Origin: Candidatus Petromonas tenebris
Lineage (GTDB): Bacteria; Bacillota; Clostridia; Peptostreptococcales; Caminicellaceae
Direction: 5' to 3'
Assembly: GCA_014236755.1 (NCBI GenBank)
Contig: JACCKY010000011.1
Location: forward strand, 6,467 to 30,466
DNA: 24,000 nucleotides
In this document: piece by piece, positions 8,890-17,610 of the stretch
Numbering within the stretch: position 1 is the first letter of the stretch
Layout of the letters: each line of letters opens with the position of its first letter
Made by a program: the position numbers and the translations under genes
The notes under the pieces: model-generated
Seen by the model: only the letters and a program-made list of their open reading frames with translations
Database searches by the model: none
What the model was told of the DNA's origin: nothing

Positions 8890-9309
8890 ATGAGTTATCT
8901 AAATGAAAGGGTTTCTTATCTAAAAGGCTTGGCAGAGGGTATGGAACTGGATTCTAATACAAAAGAAGGCAAGCTTCTGCTACATATAATAGAAGTGCTT
9001 GGAGATTTTGCCGATACTATTGAGGCCATGGATGAGGAATTAGGCGAAATGGATGAATACGTTGAAGCAATAGACGAAGACTTGTCAGATTTAGAAGATG
9101 AAGTTTATTCAGAATATGATGAATTTGATGATGATTATGATGATTTTCAAGAAGTTGAATGTCCAGAATGTGGAGAAACGATTTTTATAGATGATGATGT
9201 GTTTTTAGATGATGAAGATTGTAATGAGATTGAAATTAGCTGTCCCAATTGTGATAAGACAATTTATTTAACAAGTGACTGTCATTGTGGGTGTGACGAA
9301 GAAGAATAA
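8890..9309 (+). CDS. Acidic zinc-ribbon protein (resembles the clostridial 'CD1247 N-terminal domain' family)
   Basis: 139 aa with a helical N-terminus (RVSYLKGLAEGMELD..KLLLHIIEVLGDFADTIEAMDEEL) and a very acidic linker. Two CxxC pairs (CPECGETIF, CPNCDKTIY) are followed by a C-terminal CHCGC. AAGGAGGG RBS. Confidence 0.7.
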   Translation: MSYLNERVSYLKGLAEGMELDSNTKEGKLLLHIIEVLGDFADTIEAMDEELGEMDEYVEAIDEDLSDLEDEVYSEYDEFDDDYDDFQEVECPECGETIFIDDDVFLDDEDCNEIEISCPNCDKTIYLTSDCHCGCDEEE

Positions 9310-9333
9310 GAAATTAAAATGAATATACTTATC

Positions 9334-9371
9334 AAATCCGGTACATTGTGTATCGGATTTTTCTTTTTTTG
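9334..9371 (+). terminator. Rho-independent terminator ending the efp unit
   Basis: 12-bp stem AAATCCGGTACA (9334-9345) / TGTATCGGATTT (9349-9360, one G-U pair), 3-nt loop, then TTTTCTTTTTTT. Confidence 0.7.
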
Positions 9372-9436
9372 ACAAAAAAAACAAGCATAAATTTAAAAAA
9401 CAAAAATAATATTTAATAACAAGGGAGGGACATGTC

Positions 9437-10495
9437 GTGGAAAAACTAAAAGATGAAAAAATTACTTTTAAGAAAAACAATAGAATAAATCTTAGAGAAG
9501 TAAATTTCAATGAAATATTGGAGATTTTACCAATCAAACTAAGAAATTTATTAAAGAATATTTCACCTGACCTAATTAATGAAATAGAAGAAATTAGATT
9601 AAGAGTTGACAAGCCATTGATAATTAATGCAAGGGGACAAGATTATTTTGTTACAAATGATGGGAAGGCTACTAGAATACAACATAAAATAATTATGGTA
9701 AACAAATTTGACGTTGATACTAGTTTCCAACTAGTTACCAATTATTCAGCCTATGCACTTGAAGAAGAAATTAAAAATGGATTTATAACCATAAAAGGAG
9801 GACATAGAATCGGTATATCAGGTAAGACAATTATAGAAAAGGGAAGTGTAAAGACCATTAAGGATGTATCAGGATTAAATGTCCGAATTTCTCGAGAAAA
9901 AATAGGATGCGGAGAGAAGATAATAAAGTACTTGATTGAATCAAGTGATTCTATATACAATACCTTAATAATTTCACCACCACAATGCGGCAAAACAACG
10001 ATTTTACGAGATATTATAAGGCTTATTAGTAATGGAGTTCCTCAATATAATTTTAAAGGTATTAATGTTGCAGTTGTAGATGAAAGATCTGAAATAGGGG
10101 GATGTTACAATGGTGTTCCTCAAAAAGATATTGGAATCAGAACGGATATATTGGATGGTTGTCCCAAGGCTCAGGGAATGATAATGTTAATTAGATCTAT
10201 GTCACCAAGGGTAATTGCCACTGATGAAATTGGAAGAGATGAAGACATATACGCCTTAAAGGAAGCTATAAATGCAGGTGTTAAGTTTATTACAACTATA
10301 CATGGTGACAGTATTGAAGAGGTATGCAGGAGAAATAATATATCAGAACTTATTGAAAACAAGGCATTTGAAAGGATAATAGTGTTATCAAACAGGCCTA
10401 AAGTTGGAACAGTTAGAAAGATCATAGATTATAAAAGGAATAGAGTTCTGAATGATATGCTCCTATTTGATAGGGGGGATTTCTTTGCAACTTAA
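9437..10495 (+). CDS. spoIIIAA: Stage III sporulation protein AA (AAA-type ATPase)
   Basis: Walker A motif PPQCGKTTILRD and Walker B-like VIATDEIG, about 350 aa, first gene of an eight-gene spoIIIA-type block. GTG start 7 nt after AAGGGAGGGA. Confidence 0.9.
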   Translation: MEKLKDEKITFKKNNRINLREVNFNEILEILPIKLRNLLKNISPDLINEIEEIRLRVDKPLIINARGQDYFVTNDGKATRIQHKIIMVNKFDVDTSFQLVTNYSAYALEEEIKNGFITIKGGHRIGISGKTIIEKGSVKTIKDVSGLNVRISREKIGCGEKIIKYLIESSDSIYNTLIISPPQCGKTTILRDIIRLISNGVPQYNFKGINVAVVDERSEIGGCYNGVPQKDIGIRTDILDGCPKAQGMIMLIRSMSPRVIATDEIGRDEDIYALKEAINAGVKFITTIHGDSIEEVCRRNNISELIENKAFERIIVLSNRPKVGTVRKIIDYKRNRVLNDMLLFDRGDFFAT

Positions 10496-11006
10496 GATTG
10501 TTATTTGTGGAATTTTGCTATTTTCTTCCAGTGTTGTAGGATATCTTTTTTCATTACGATATAGTTTAAGAGTCAAACAGATAAGTTACCTTCAAAACTC
10601 CCTAAAGGGTTTAGAAACTGAAATATTATACTACTCTACACCTTTGCCTATGGCAATGCAAAAAACAGCTTGTAGATGCAACAAAAGCATATCGGGTATT
10701 TTCGATGAAACATTTAGACTACTTAACAGTAGGAACGGATACAGTATAGAGGAAGCATGGAAAAGTGCTGTTTTAAAACAAATCAATAATACTTCCCTAA
10801 CCAAAGAAGATGCTGAGATTATTATTGGATTTGGAAAGGACCTAGGGGTAGGAGATAAAGAGGTTCAAAAAAGTCACTTTAGATTTATTAATATACTTTT
10901 GGATGAACAAAAGAACAAGGCAGTATATGAGCAAAATAAGAATGGGAAGATGTGTAATAGATTAGGAATTTTACTTGGTTTAGCAATAGTAATAATATTG
11001 ATTTAA
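10485..11006 (+). CDS. spoIIIAB: Stage III sporulation protein AB
   Basis: N-terminal TM segment (LKIVICGILLFSSSVVGYLF) followed by a soluble helical domain, about 170 aa, second position in the operon. TTG at 10485 lies behind GGGGGG (10473-10478) and is preferred. The upstream in-frame ATG at 10452 would add 11 non-hydrophobic residues and overlap spoIIIAA further. Confidence 0.75.
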   Translation: MQLKIVICGILLFSSSVVGYLFSLRYSLRVKQISYLQNSLKGLETEILYYSTPLPMAMQKTACRCNKSISGIFDETFRLLNSRNGYSIEEAWKSAVLKQINNTSLTKEDAEIIIGFGKDLGVGDKEVQKSHFRFINILLDEQKNKAVYEQNKNGKMCNRLGILLGLAIVIILI

Positions 11007-11020
11007 TTAGGAGGGGTATT

Positions 11021-11224
11021 ATGGCAATTGACATAAATATGATTTTCAAAATTGCAGCTATAGGAATATTAGTTTCAGTACTGAACATGGTTTTAAAGCA
11101 TTCAGGAAGAGAAGAAATGGCTATGATGACTACAATAGCTGGATTGATAATAGTGCTCTTTATGATTATAAATATTATTAATAATTTATTTTCAACGGTG
11201 AGAACAATGTTTGAAATTTACTAA
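11021..11224 (+). CDS. spoIIIAC: Stage III sporulation protein AC
   Basis: 67-aa two-TM protein. INMIFKIAAIGILVSVLNMVLKHSGREE closely parallels B. subtilis SpoIIIAC. AGGAGGGG RBS. Confidence 0.85.
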   Translation: MAIDINMIFKIAAIGILVSVLNMVLKHSGREEMAMMTTIAGLIIVLFMIINIINNLFSTVRTMFEIY

Positions 11225-11240
11225 TAAAAGGTGTGGTCAT

Positions 11241-11627
11241 ATGGAAATTTTCAAGATCGTTGGACTTGGAATTACAGCAACTATATTATCAGTGATAATA
11301 AAACAATATAAACCCGAATACGGAATACATATAAGTATTGCAACAGGAGTAATAATTTTTTTGCTGATTGTTGGAAAGTTAGCATCAATTTTAAAAGTAA
11401 TGGAACAGTTAACAAATAAAATGGAAATCGATCTTATATATGTAAAGTCTATTTTTAAAATAATAGGTATAGCATATATTTCTGAGTTTGGAGCCCAGGT
11501 TTGTAGAGATTCAGGTGAAGAATCAATAGCTTTAAAAATAGAGTTTGCAGGTAAAATATTAATAATGGTATTAGCCTTGCCAATTTTATTGTCTGTTTTA
11601 AATTTAATAGTCAAATTGATCCCTTAG
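11241..11627 (+). CDS. spoIIIAD: Stage III sporulation protein AD
   Basis: MEIFKIVGLGITATILSVIIKQYKPEY parallels the B. subtilis SpoIIIAD N-terminus. About 128 aa, multi-TM. ATG at 11241 lies behind AAAGGTG; the listed 11211 start overlaps spoIIIAC. Confidence 0.85.
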   Translation: MEIFKIVGLGITATILSVIIKQYKPEYGIHISIATGVIIFLLIVGKLASILKVMEQLTNKMEIDLIYVKSIFKIIGIAYISEFGAQVCRDSGEESIALKIEFAGKILIMVLALPILLSVLNLIVKLIP

Positions 11628-11638
11628 GATGTGAGCTA

Positions 11639-12829
11639 ATGAAAAAGAAGGTATTAATTTTATTAATTTCCATTGTATCTATGATATTATCTAGCACGGC
11701 TTATGGACTTGAAAAAGATAGCAAAATAGAAAAAGTGACTGATGAATTAATCCTGCAGCAGCTAGACTCCTTAGATATATCGGAGATTGAAGGGCTTATA
11801 GATAAAATGAATAATGATAAGTTGGTAAGTATGCCAAAGATTGACATAAAGTCTATGATAATTTCTTTTGTAAAGGGAGAAGCCGATTTTACGGTAAAGA
11901 GTGTTCTGGCAAGTATAGTTAAAAGACTTTTTAAAGAAATAGTAATAAATTCAAAACTACTATCTCAGTTGATGTTTATTTCGATATTATGTGCTATTTT
12001 AAATAATTTAAGCAATTCTTTTGGAAATAGTGTAACGGGAGAAATAGCCTTTTACGGATGCTATTTAATCATAGTTGGAATAGCTATAAAAAGTTTCATA
12101 GTTGCAATGAATATAGGTCAAGTAGCTATAGATAACATGGTTAGTTTTATGCAGGCTTTGATACCGGTTTTACTTACACTTTTAATAGCAGTTGGAAGCA
12201 TAACGGCCTCGGCAATATTCAAACCGATAATTGTAGCTTCAATAGGAATAACAAGTACCATAATAAAGGACATAATAATACCACTTATCTTATTTACGGC
12301 TGTATTGTCAATAATTAATAACTTCACATCAAAAATTCAAATTTCAAAGCTTGCCACATTATTAAAACAAATTAGTATAGGGCTAATAGGTTTAATATTG
12401 ACTTCTTTCTTAGGCGTAATATCAATTCAGGGCGTATTAGCATCAAGTGTCGATGGAGTAACTTTAAGAACTGCCAGATTTGCAATGGATAGATTCATTC
12501 CCATAGTAGGAGGGTTTATGTCAGAAGCAATAGATGCAGTTTTTGGCTGTTCACTGCTTTTGAAAAATGCAATTGGGGTAGTAGGGTTAATACTTATATT
12601 GATGATAATATCATTACCAATTTTAAAAATATTGTCATTAATTTTTATATATAAAATTACAGCAGCGTTAATTGAACCTATAACAGATAAAAAAATAGTA
12701 GATTGTCTAAATGATATGAGTAGTTTACTGACCGTTCTATGTGCAACCGTTGTTTCAGTAGCCATAATGTTTTTTATTGCAGTAACTGCAGTAGTAGGGG
12801 CAGGTAACATTACTGCAATGATAAGGTAG
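11639..12829 (+). CDS. spoIIIAE: Stage III sporulation protein AE (polytopic membrane protein)
   Basis: 396 aa with a signal peptide, a soluble N-domain and then about 7 TM segments. Fifth position in the spoIIIA block. Confidence 0.85.
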   Translation: MKKKVLILLISIVSMILSSTAYGLEKDSKIEKVTDELILQQLDSLDISEIEGLIDKMNNDKLVSMPKIDIKSMIISFVKGEADFTVKSVLASIVKRLFKEIVINSKLLSQLMFISILCAILNNLSNSFGNSVTGEIAFYGCYLIIVGIAIKSFIVAMNIGQVAIDNMVSFMQALIPVLLTLLIAVGSITASAIFKPIIVASIGITSTIIKDIIIPLILFTAVLSIINNFTSKIQISKLATLLKQISIGLIGLILTSFLGVISIQGVLASSVDGVTLRTARFAMDRFIPIVGGFMSEAIDAVFGCSLLLKNAIGVVGLILILMIISLPILKILSLIFIYKITAALIEPITDKKIVDCLNDMSSLLTVLCATVVSVAIMFFIAVTAVVGAGNITAMIR

Positions 12830-12837
12830 GTGAGTGT

Positions 12838-13422
12838 ATGATAGAAATATTAAAGATTTGGATTATAAATATTATTACAATAATAGTATTTATTAGTTTT
12901 ATAGAGATACTTATGCCAAATAGCAAGATGAAAAAATATCTAAATCTAGTACTGGGTTTTATAGTAATGCTTGTCATATTAAATCCTTTAATAAATATTA
13001 TTAATAGTAAGGTAGATCTAGAGGATGAGTTTTACAAGATTTCTAGAGATTTAAAAAAAGAAGAATATGTTTTTGTATCAAATAATATTGAAAACAAACA
13101 AAAACAACAGTTGATTTCACTATATGAAGATAGGCTTAAGACCGATGTAGTAAACAGGATAGAAAGCAAATATGATGTGAATGTTCTAGAAATAGACATA
13201 AATTTGGAAAAAAGCGAAGAAAATCTTGGAGAAATAAAAAAGCTTAAGCTGTCGGTAATAGAAAAAGAAAAAGTAATACCTATAGTAAAAATAGATATTT
13301 TTAAAGATGAAAATGATGAAGAGTCTGAAAAACACGGAGTAGATATGGAGCTAAAGGAAAAAATAAGAAAAGATATTTCAAATATATACAATGTTAAAAA
13401 CACTAGAATAATAGTCAATTAA
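12838..13422 (+). CDS. spoIIIAF: Stage III sporulation protein AF
   Basis: The N-terminal two-TM region (WIINIITIIVFISFIEILMPNSKMKKYLNLVLGFIVMLVIL) parallels B. subtilis SpoIIIAF, followed by a charged C-domain. Operon position fits. Confidence 0.75.
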   Translation: MIEILKIWIINIITIIVFISFIEILMPNSKMKKYLNLVLGFIVMLVILNPLINIINSKVDLEDEFYKISRDLKKEEYVFVSNNIENKQKQQLISLYEDRLKTDVVNRIESKYDVNVLEIDINLEKSEENLGEIKKLKLSVIEKEKVIPIVKIDIFKDENDEESEKHGVDMELKEKIRKDISNIYNVKNTRIIVN

Positions 13423-13449
13423 ACAATCAAATGGCAAAGGGGGATTATA

Positions 13450-14049
13450 ATGGATTTTTTTAATAAAATAAAGAAAATGTTAACTGATGGCGATATTAAA
13501 AAAACTATTTCTAATTTTATTGCAATTATAATTGTCTGTATTATTTTATTAATTTCATGGGGTGTATTTTTCCCTGAAAAAAAAGAAGCGGAGACGGCAG
13601 TAGAAAATGAAAATATAAAAAACATATCAATGGAAAAAAGTGAAAATAGCATTAACTATAATGAAAGTTTAGATCGAAGATTAGAAGAAATATTAGGACA
13701 TATAAGTGGAGTAGGAGAAGTAGAAGTTATGATTACATACGAGACTAGTGAAGAGGTTGTTCCAGCTTTAAACGTTACGAAATCTCAGCAGACTACCCAA
13801 GAAAGTGATAAACAAGGAGGAACGAGAACTATAAAGCAGGAAAATATTTCTGAGAACGTTGTTACTATAAACAGTGAAAATTATAAAAATTCTCCAATAG
13901 TAATAAAGGAAATTAAGCCGGTTGTAAGGGGGGTAATAGTTGTTGCTGAGGGAGCAGGAAATCCGGAGGTTAAAAATCAATTAATAGAAGCTGTAACAAC
14001 AATCTTTCAAATTAAAAGTCATAAAGTAAAGGTATATGATCGAAACTAA
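13450..14049 (+). CDS. spoIIIAG: Stage III sporulation protein AG (ring-forming)
   Basis: One N-terminal TM segment. C-terminal EVMITYETSEEVVPA...PVVRGVIVVAEGAGNPEVKNQLIEAVTTIFQIKSHKVKVY matches the conserved SpoIIIAG ring-building domain (GV.VVAEGA). Confidence 0.8.
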   Translation: MDFFNKIKKMLTDGDIKKTISNFIAIIIVCIILLISWGVFFPEKKEAETAVENENIKNISMEKSENSINYNESLDRRLEEILGHISGVGEVEVMITYETSEEVVPALNVTKSQQTTQESDKQGGTRTIKQENISENVVTINSENYKNSPIVIKEIKPVVRGVIVVAEGAGNPEVKNQLIEAVTTIFQIKSHKVKVYDRN

Positions 14050-14063
14050 AGGAGGAAGGAATA

Positions 14064-14759
14064 ATGTTCAATATGAAATTTGATAAAAGAAAAATAATAA
14101 TATTGTCATTGGTATTTGTTCTAATTTCAATCAGCTATTTGAATTATATGATTAATAAGCAATCTATACTGGAAACATCTTCAGAATTCACAGAATATGA
14201 AGAAAATAAATTATCGACTATGGAAGCTAAAGAAAAATCAGATGATATTATAATTCAGCAAAATATTTCTGAGGATGGAAAAGATACATCATCAATTACT
14301 ATGGTTGCTGATGACTCTAGCATAGTAGATAGCAAAGAGAACAATTTAAGTGACATAGTTGCAGCATCTAACTCTAATATAGAAGAAACTCTTTTAAATG
14401 ATGAAATGAGCAAATCCGCATACTTTCTACAGGCAAAAATAGATGTAGAAATGGAAAGGGAGAAAACTATTGAAAGATTCGATGAGATAATTAATAATAA
14501 AATGGTAGATGAACAATCCAGAAAAAACGCTGTCCAAAGGAAAATGAGCTTAATTGATACAATGAATAAAGAAAAGATTATAGAAAGTCTTATCAAAGGA
14601 AAAGGGTTTGAGGATGCAGTTGTTTTTATTACAAATGAAAGTGTATATGTCACTGTTCTTTCAGAAAAACTAAGTAATGTAGACGTTGCAAAAATATTGG
14701 ATATTGTAACTAGAGAAACAGATGTTTCAATTGACAATATAAAAATCCAAAATAAATAA
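14064..14759 (+). CDS. spoIIIAH: Stage III sporulation protein AH
   Basis: N-terminal TM segment (IIILSLVFVLISISYLNYM), a low-complexity acidic linker and a C-terminal YscJ/FliF-like domain (..GFEDAVVFITNESVYVTVLSEKLSNVDVAKILDIV..). Last gene of the block; GGAGG RBS. Confidence 0.75.
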   Translation: MFNMKFDKRKIIILSLVFVLISISYLNYMINKQSILETSSEFTEYEENKLSTMEAKEKSDDIIIQQNISEDGKDTSSITMVADDSSIVDSKENNLSDIVAASNSNIEETLLNDEMSKSAYFLQAKIDVEMEREKTIERFDEIINNKMVDEQSRKNAVQRKMSLIDTMNKEKIIESLIKGKGFEDAVVFITNESVYVTVLSEKLSNVDVAKILDIVTRETDVSIDNIKIQNK

Positions 14760-14768
14760 TGGATTTAA

Positions 14769-14797
14769 TTGTAAACAAAAAAGCATTTTGATATAAT
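14769..14797 (+). promoter_or_regulatory. Candidate sigma-A promoter with extended -10 upstream of asp23
   Basis: -35 TTGTAA (14769-14774), 17-nt spacer ending in TGa, -10 TATAAT (14792-14797), i.e. TGnTATAAT. It lies 33 nt upstream of the asp23 ATG. Confidence 0.45.
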
Positions 14798-14829
14798 ATT
14801 CATTAATAAAGGAAAATGGAGGTAATAAT

Positions 14830-15222
14830 ATGGAAAATAATCCACAAATAGATAATTCAGAATATGGACAAGTAAAAATATCGGACGAAGTTGTCGGTAT
14901 TATAGCAGGTCTAGCCGCTTCTGAAGTGGAAGAAATAACTGAAATGAGCGGAGGTTTTGCCGGTAATATTTCCGAGATACTGGGAAGAAAAAGCCATTCG
15001 AAAGGTGTAAAGGTTGAGGTAGACGAAGAAGAGGCTGCTATAGATTTATATGTTATTGTAGATTATGGCGTAAAGATACCGGAGGTAGCCTGGAAAGTTC
15101 AGGAAAAGGTAAAGAATGCCATCGAAAATATGACGGGACTTAAAGTTGTGGAAGTAAATATACATGTACAGGGCGTTAACATTCCAAAGAAGGAAAAAGA
15201 GGAAGCAGAAAACGAAGAATAA
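14830..15222 (+). CDS. asp23: Asp23/Gls24-family alkaline-shock/envelope stress protein
   Basis: GQVKISDEVVGIIAGLAASEVEEI...IDLYVIVDYGVKIPEVAWKVQEKVKNAIENMTGLKVVEVNIHVQGV is the family signature. Same position as yqhY in B. subtilis. Confidence 0.85.
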   Translation: MENNPQIDNSEYGQVKISDEVVGIIAGLAASEVEEITEMSGGFAGNISEILGRKSHSKGVKVEVDEEEAAIDLYVIVDYGVKIPEVAWKVQEKVKNAIENMTGLKVVEVNIHVQGVNIPKKEKEEAENEE

Positions 15223-15247
15223 ATAAACATAAGAGTGACACTTAGAA

Positions 15248-15286
15248 CTAACTCTCTTAAAGTAGAGGGTTAGTTTATGTTTTTTA
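15248..15286 (+). terminator. Rho-independent terminator after asp23
   Basis: 9-bp stem CTAACTCTC (15248-15256) / GAGGGTTAG (15265-15273, one G-U pair), 8-nt loop, then TTTATGTTTTTTA. Confidence 0.6.
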
Positions 15287-15389
15287 TTACTGTAAATACA
15301 TTTTATAATGGGATTAGTAAAAAATAAATGGTAAGTTTATTAAAATACAATTATCAGCAAAGTAAAAAGTAGTTACTAGGAGGATCTGA

Positions 15390-15791
15390 ATGAGTAGAAG
15401 AATTGCTAGAGAAACTGTTATGCAGGTTTTTTATCAGATGGAAATTCAAAAGAGTTTTGATTCCCAAATAGCCCAAAATTTTGTTGATGGAGTAATAGTG
15501 GACGAAAAGGATAGACAATATGTTGATGATATTGTAAAATTTTTTTTGCAAAACAAAAGTATTATTGATGGAAATATTTCTCACAACTTAAAGGATTGGG
15601 ATATAGATAGAATTTCAAAGGTAGACCTTTCGATATTACGGGTAGCAGCAACAGAAATACTTTTTAAGGAAGATATTCCCGAGAAAGTGTCAATTAATGA
15701 AGCTGTTGAACTTGCTAAAAGATATGGTTCTGATGATTCACCGGCATTTATCAATGGGGTATTAGATGCGCTGTCTAAAACTAAAGGTTAA
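15390..15791 (+). CDS. nusB: Transcription antitermination factor NusB
   Basis: 133 aa. SRRIARETVMQVFYQMEI.. and ..AVELAKRYGSDDSPAFINGVLD are canonical NusB motifs. AGGAGG RBS. Confidence 0.9.
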   Translation: MSRRIARETVMQVFYQMEIQKSFDSQIAQNFVDGVIVDEKDRQYVDDIVKFFLQNKSIIDGNISHNLKDWDIDRISKVDLSILRVAATEILFKEDIPEKVSINEAVELAKRYGSDDSPAFINGVLDALSKTKG

Positions 15792-15794
15792 ATA

Positions 15795-16736
15795 ATGTAC
15801 ACATATTCATTAGGTGTTGATACTAGTTGTTATACCACATCTATCGCTGTATTGGATAATAATAGAAAGTTAATTGTGGATAGAAGAAAGCTTCTGGAAG
15901 TAAAAAAGGGAAAGCGAGGTCTAAGACAGTCGGAAGCCCTATTTCAACATATAAATAATCTGCCGGTGTTTTTTAAAGAACTGTCTGATGAAGTTGATAT
16001 TACTAGGATAAGGAAGATTTGCTGTACAAATAAACCAAGAAATGTAGAAAATTCGTATATGCCTGTTTTTACAGCAGGAGTTTCCTTTGCTAAAACTATT
16101 TCTTCTATTTTAGATGTTGAATATGAAGAATATAGTCATCAGGAAGGACATATTGAAGCCGCTAGGTGGTCAGCTCAAACATTGGATAGCGATAACTTTT
16201 TAGCCCTTCACATTTCCGGTGGAACTACAGAGATTGTAATGGCAAGGAAAAATAACAATAGATATAATATAGATATCATTGGAGGCACTAAGGATATTAG
16301 CGCAGGTCAACTCATAGATAGGTCAGGGGTGGCTATGGGATTGAGTTTTCCATCTGGAAAGGAAATGGAAAAAATTTCCCAAAGAGGGACCTTGGGTAAA
16401 ATCAAACTGCCTATAAGTACTGATGATACCTATATTAATTTTTCCGGTGTTGAAACTTTTGTAAAGAGAATGATTCAAAGAGGAAATGAAAACAATGGTG
16501 ACATAGCAATAGCTTTATTCGAATGTATATGCAAGTCTTTATATTACATTATTTATAAGGCCTGTATAAAAACCGAAATTAATGAAGTTTTATTAGCAGG
16601 AGGAGTTGCATCAAATAAATTTATAAGAGATAATTTATATAGGGATTTAAGCTCAAAGGGTATTAATTTGCATTTTGGTGAAGAAAAATTTTGTACTGAT
16701 AATGCAGTAGGTACTGCTCTATTAGGTATATATTAA
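15795..16736 (+). CDS. Short TsaD/Kae1-like (peptidase M22 / ASKHA-fold) paralog
   Basis: GVDTSCYTTSIAV (cf. TsaD GIETSCDET), HQEGHIEAA (HxxGH metal motif), ALHISGGTTEIV, LLAGGVASNKFIR and FCTDNAVGTA all align in order with TsaD/Kae1. At 313 aa the protein is shorter and divergent. Confidence 0.7.
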   Translation: MYTYSLGVDTSCYTTSIAVLDNNRKLIVDRRKLLEVKKGKRGLRQSEALFQHINNLPVFFKELSDEVDITRIRKICCTNKPRNVENSYMPVFTAGVSFAKTISSILDVEYEEYSHQEGHIEAARWSAQTLDSDNFLALHISGGTTEIVMARKNNNRYNIDIIGGTKDISAGQLIDRSGVAMGLSFPSGKEMEKISQRGTLGKIKLPISTDDTYINFSGVETFVKRMIQRGNENNGDIAIALFECICKSLYYIIYKACIKTEINEVLLAGGVASNKFIRDNLYRDLSSKGINLHFGEEKFCTDNAVGTALLGIY

Positions 16737-16749
16737 ACTGGAGGTTATT

Positions 16750-17610
16750 ATGAAGGGAAAAATAATTGATGGAAGAAAAATTTCTAAGGACTTATTAAAT
16801 GAAATAAAAGAAAAAATAAATACTCTGTCAAGTAATCAAGGTATCGTTCCCGGACTGGCAGTCATATATGTAGGTGATGATAAGGCATCTAATATTTATG
16901 TCGAAAGTATTATAAAGAAGTGTAAAAAAGTAGGACTATATAGTGAAAAATATAATCTTCCTAAGGATACCAAGGAAAGGGAAGTTTTAAGTATAATTGA
17001 ATCATTAAATAGAAACAAAAAAATTAATGGCATAATAGTACAGTTTCCTATAGCTGAGGGAATTGATGAAAATAAGATCAAGTGGGCTGTTTCCGAACAA
17101 AAGGATGTAGACTGTATTAATCCCATAAATGTAGGACGTTTATATACTAATTCCGTTGGATTTATTCCCTGTACACCTAAAGGAGTAATAAAGCTTATAA
17201 AAAGTACAGGTGAAAATTTGGCAGGTAAAAAGGCAGTTGTTGTGGGTCGAAGTAATATAGTAGGGAAGCCCGTTGGAGAACTTTTATTAAAAGAAGATCT
17301 TACAGTTTCCATATGCCATTCAAAAACTAGAAATCTAGAGGAATATTTGTTAAAAGCAGATGTAGTTGTTGCCGCAGCAGGGCGACCAAATCTGGTTAAA
17401 GGACGTATGATAAAAGAAGGTTCAATAGTGATAGATGTAGGGACTAACGTAGTAGATGGCAAATTGGTGGGCGATGTTGAGTTTGAAAAAGCTGCAGACA
17501 AAGCAGCGTTTATCACGCCCGTACCTGGTGGCGTTGGACCTATGACTATAGCTATGTTGTTAGAAAATACCTTGGAGGCATGTTTAAGACAATGCGAATT
17601 AAAACTTTAA
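16750..17610 (+). CDS. folD: Bifunctional methylenetetrahydrofolate dehydrogenase/cyclohydrolase
   Basis: 286 aa with the motifs VGDDKASNIYV, IVQFP, PCTPKG, VVGRSNIVGKP and PVPGGVGPMTIAML. Confidence 0.95.
   Translation: MKGKIIDGRKISKDLLNEIKEKINTLSSNQGIVPGLAVIYVGDDKASNIYVESIIKKCKKVGLYSEKYNLPKDTKEREVLSIIESLNRNKKINGIIVQFPIAEGIDENKIKWAVSEQKDVDCINPINVGRLYTNSVGFIPCTPKGVIKLIKSTGENLAGKKAVVVGRSNIVGKPVGELLLKEDLTVSICHSKTRNLEEYLLKADVVVAAAGRPNLVKGRMIKEGSIVIDVGTNVVDGKLVGDVEFEKAADKAAFITPVPGGVGPMTIAMLLENTLEACLRQCELKL

Noticed and set aside
9361-9436. Sporulation (sigma-E type) promoter upstream of spoIIIAA
   Set aside because: A promoter is expected here. I find only a CATAAATT box (9384-9391) with no convincing ATA-type -35 at the right spacing, and a TTGACA (9369-9374) with a poor -10 (TTTAAA). 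Neither is good enough to call.
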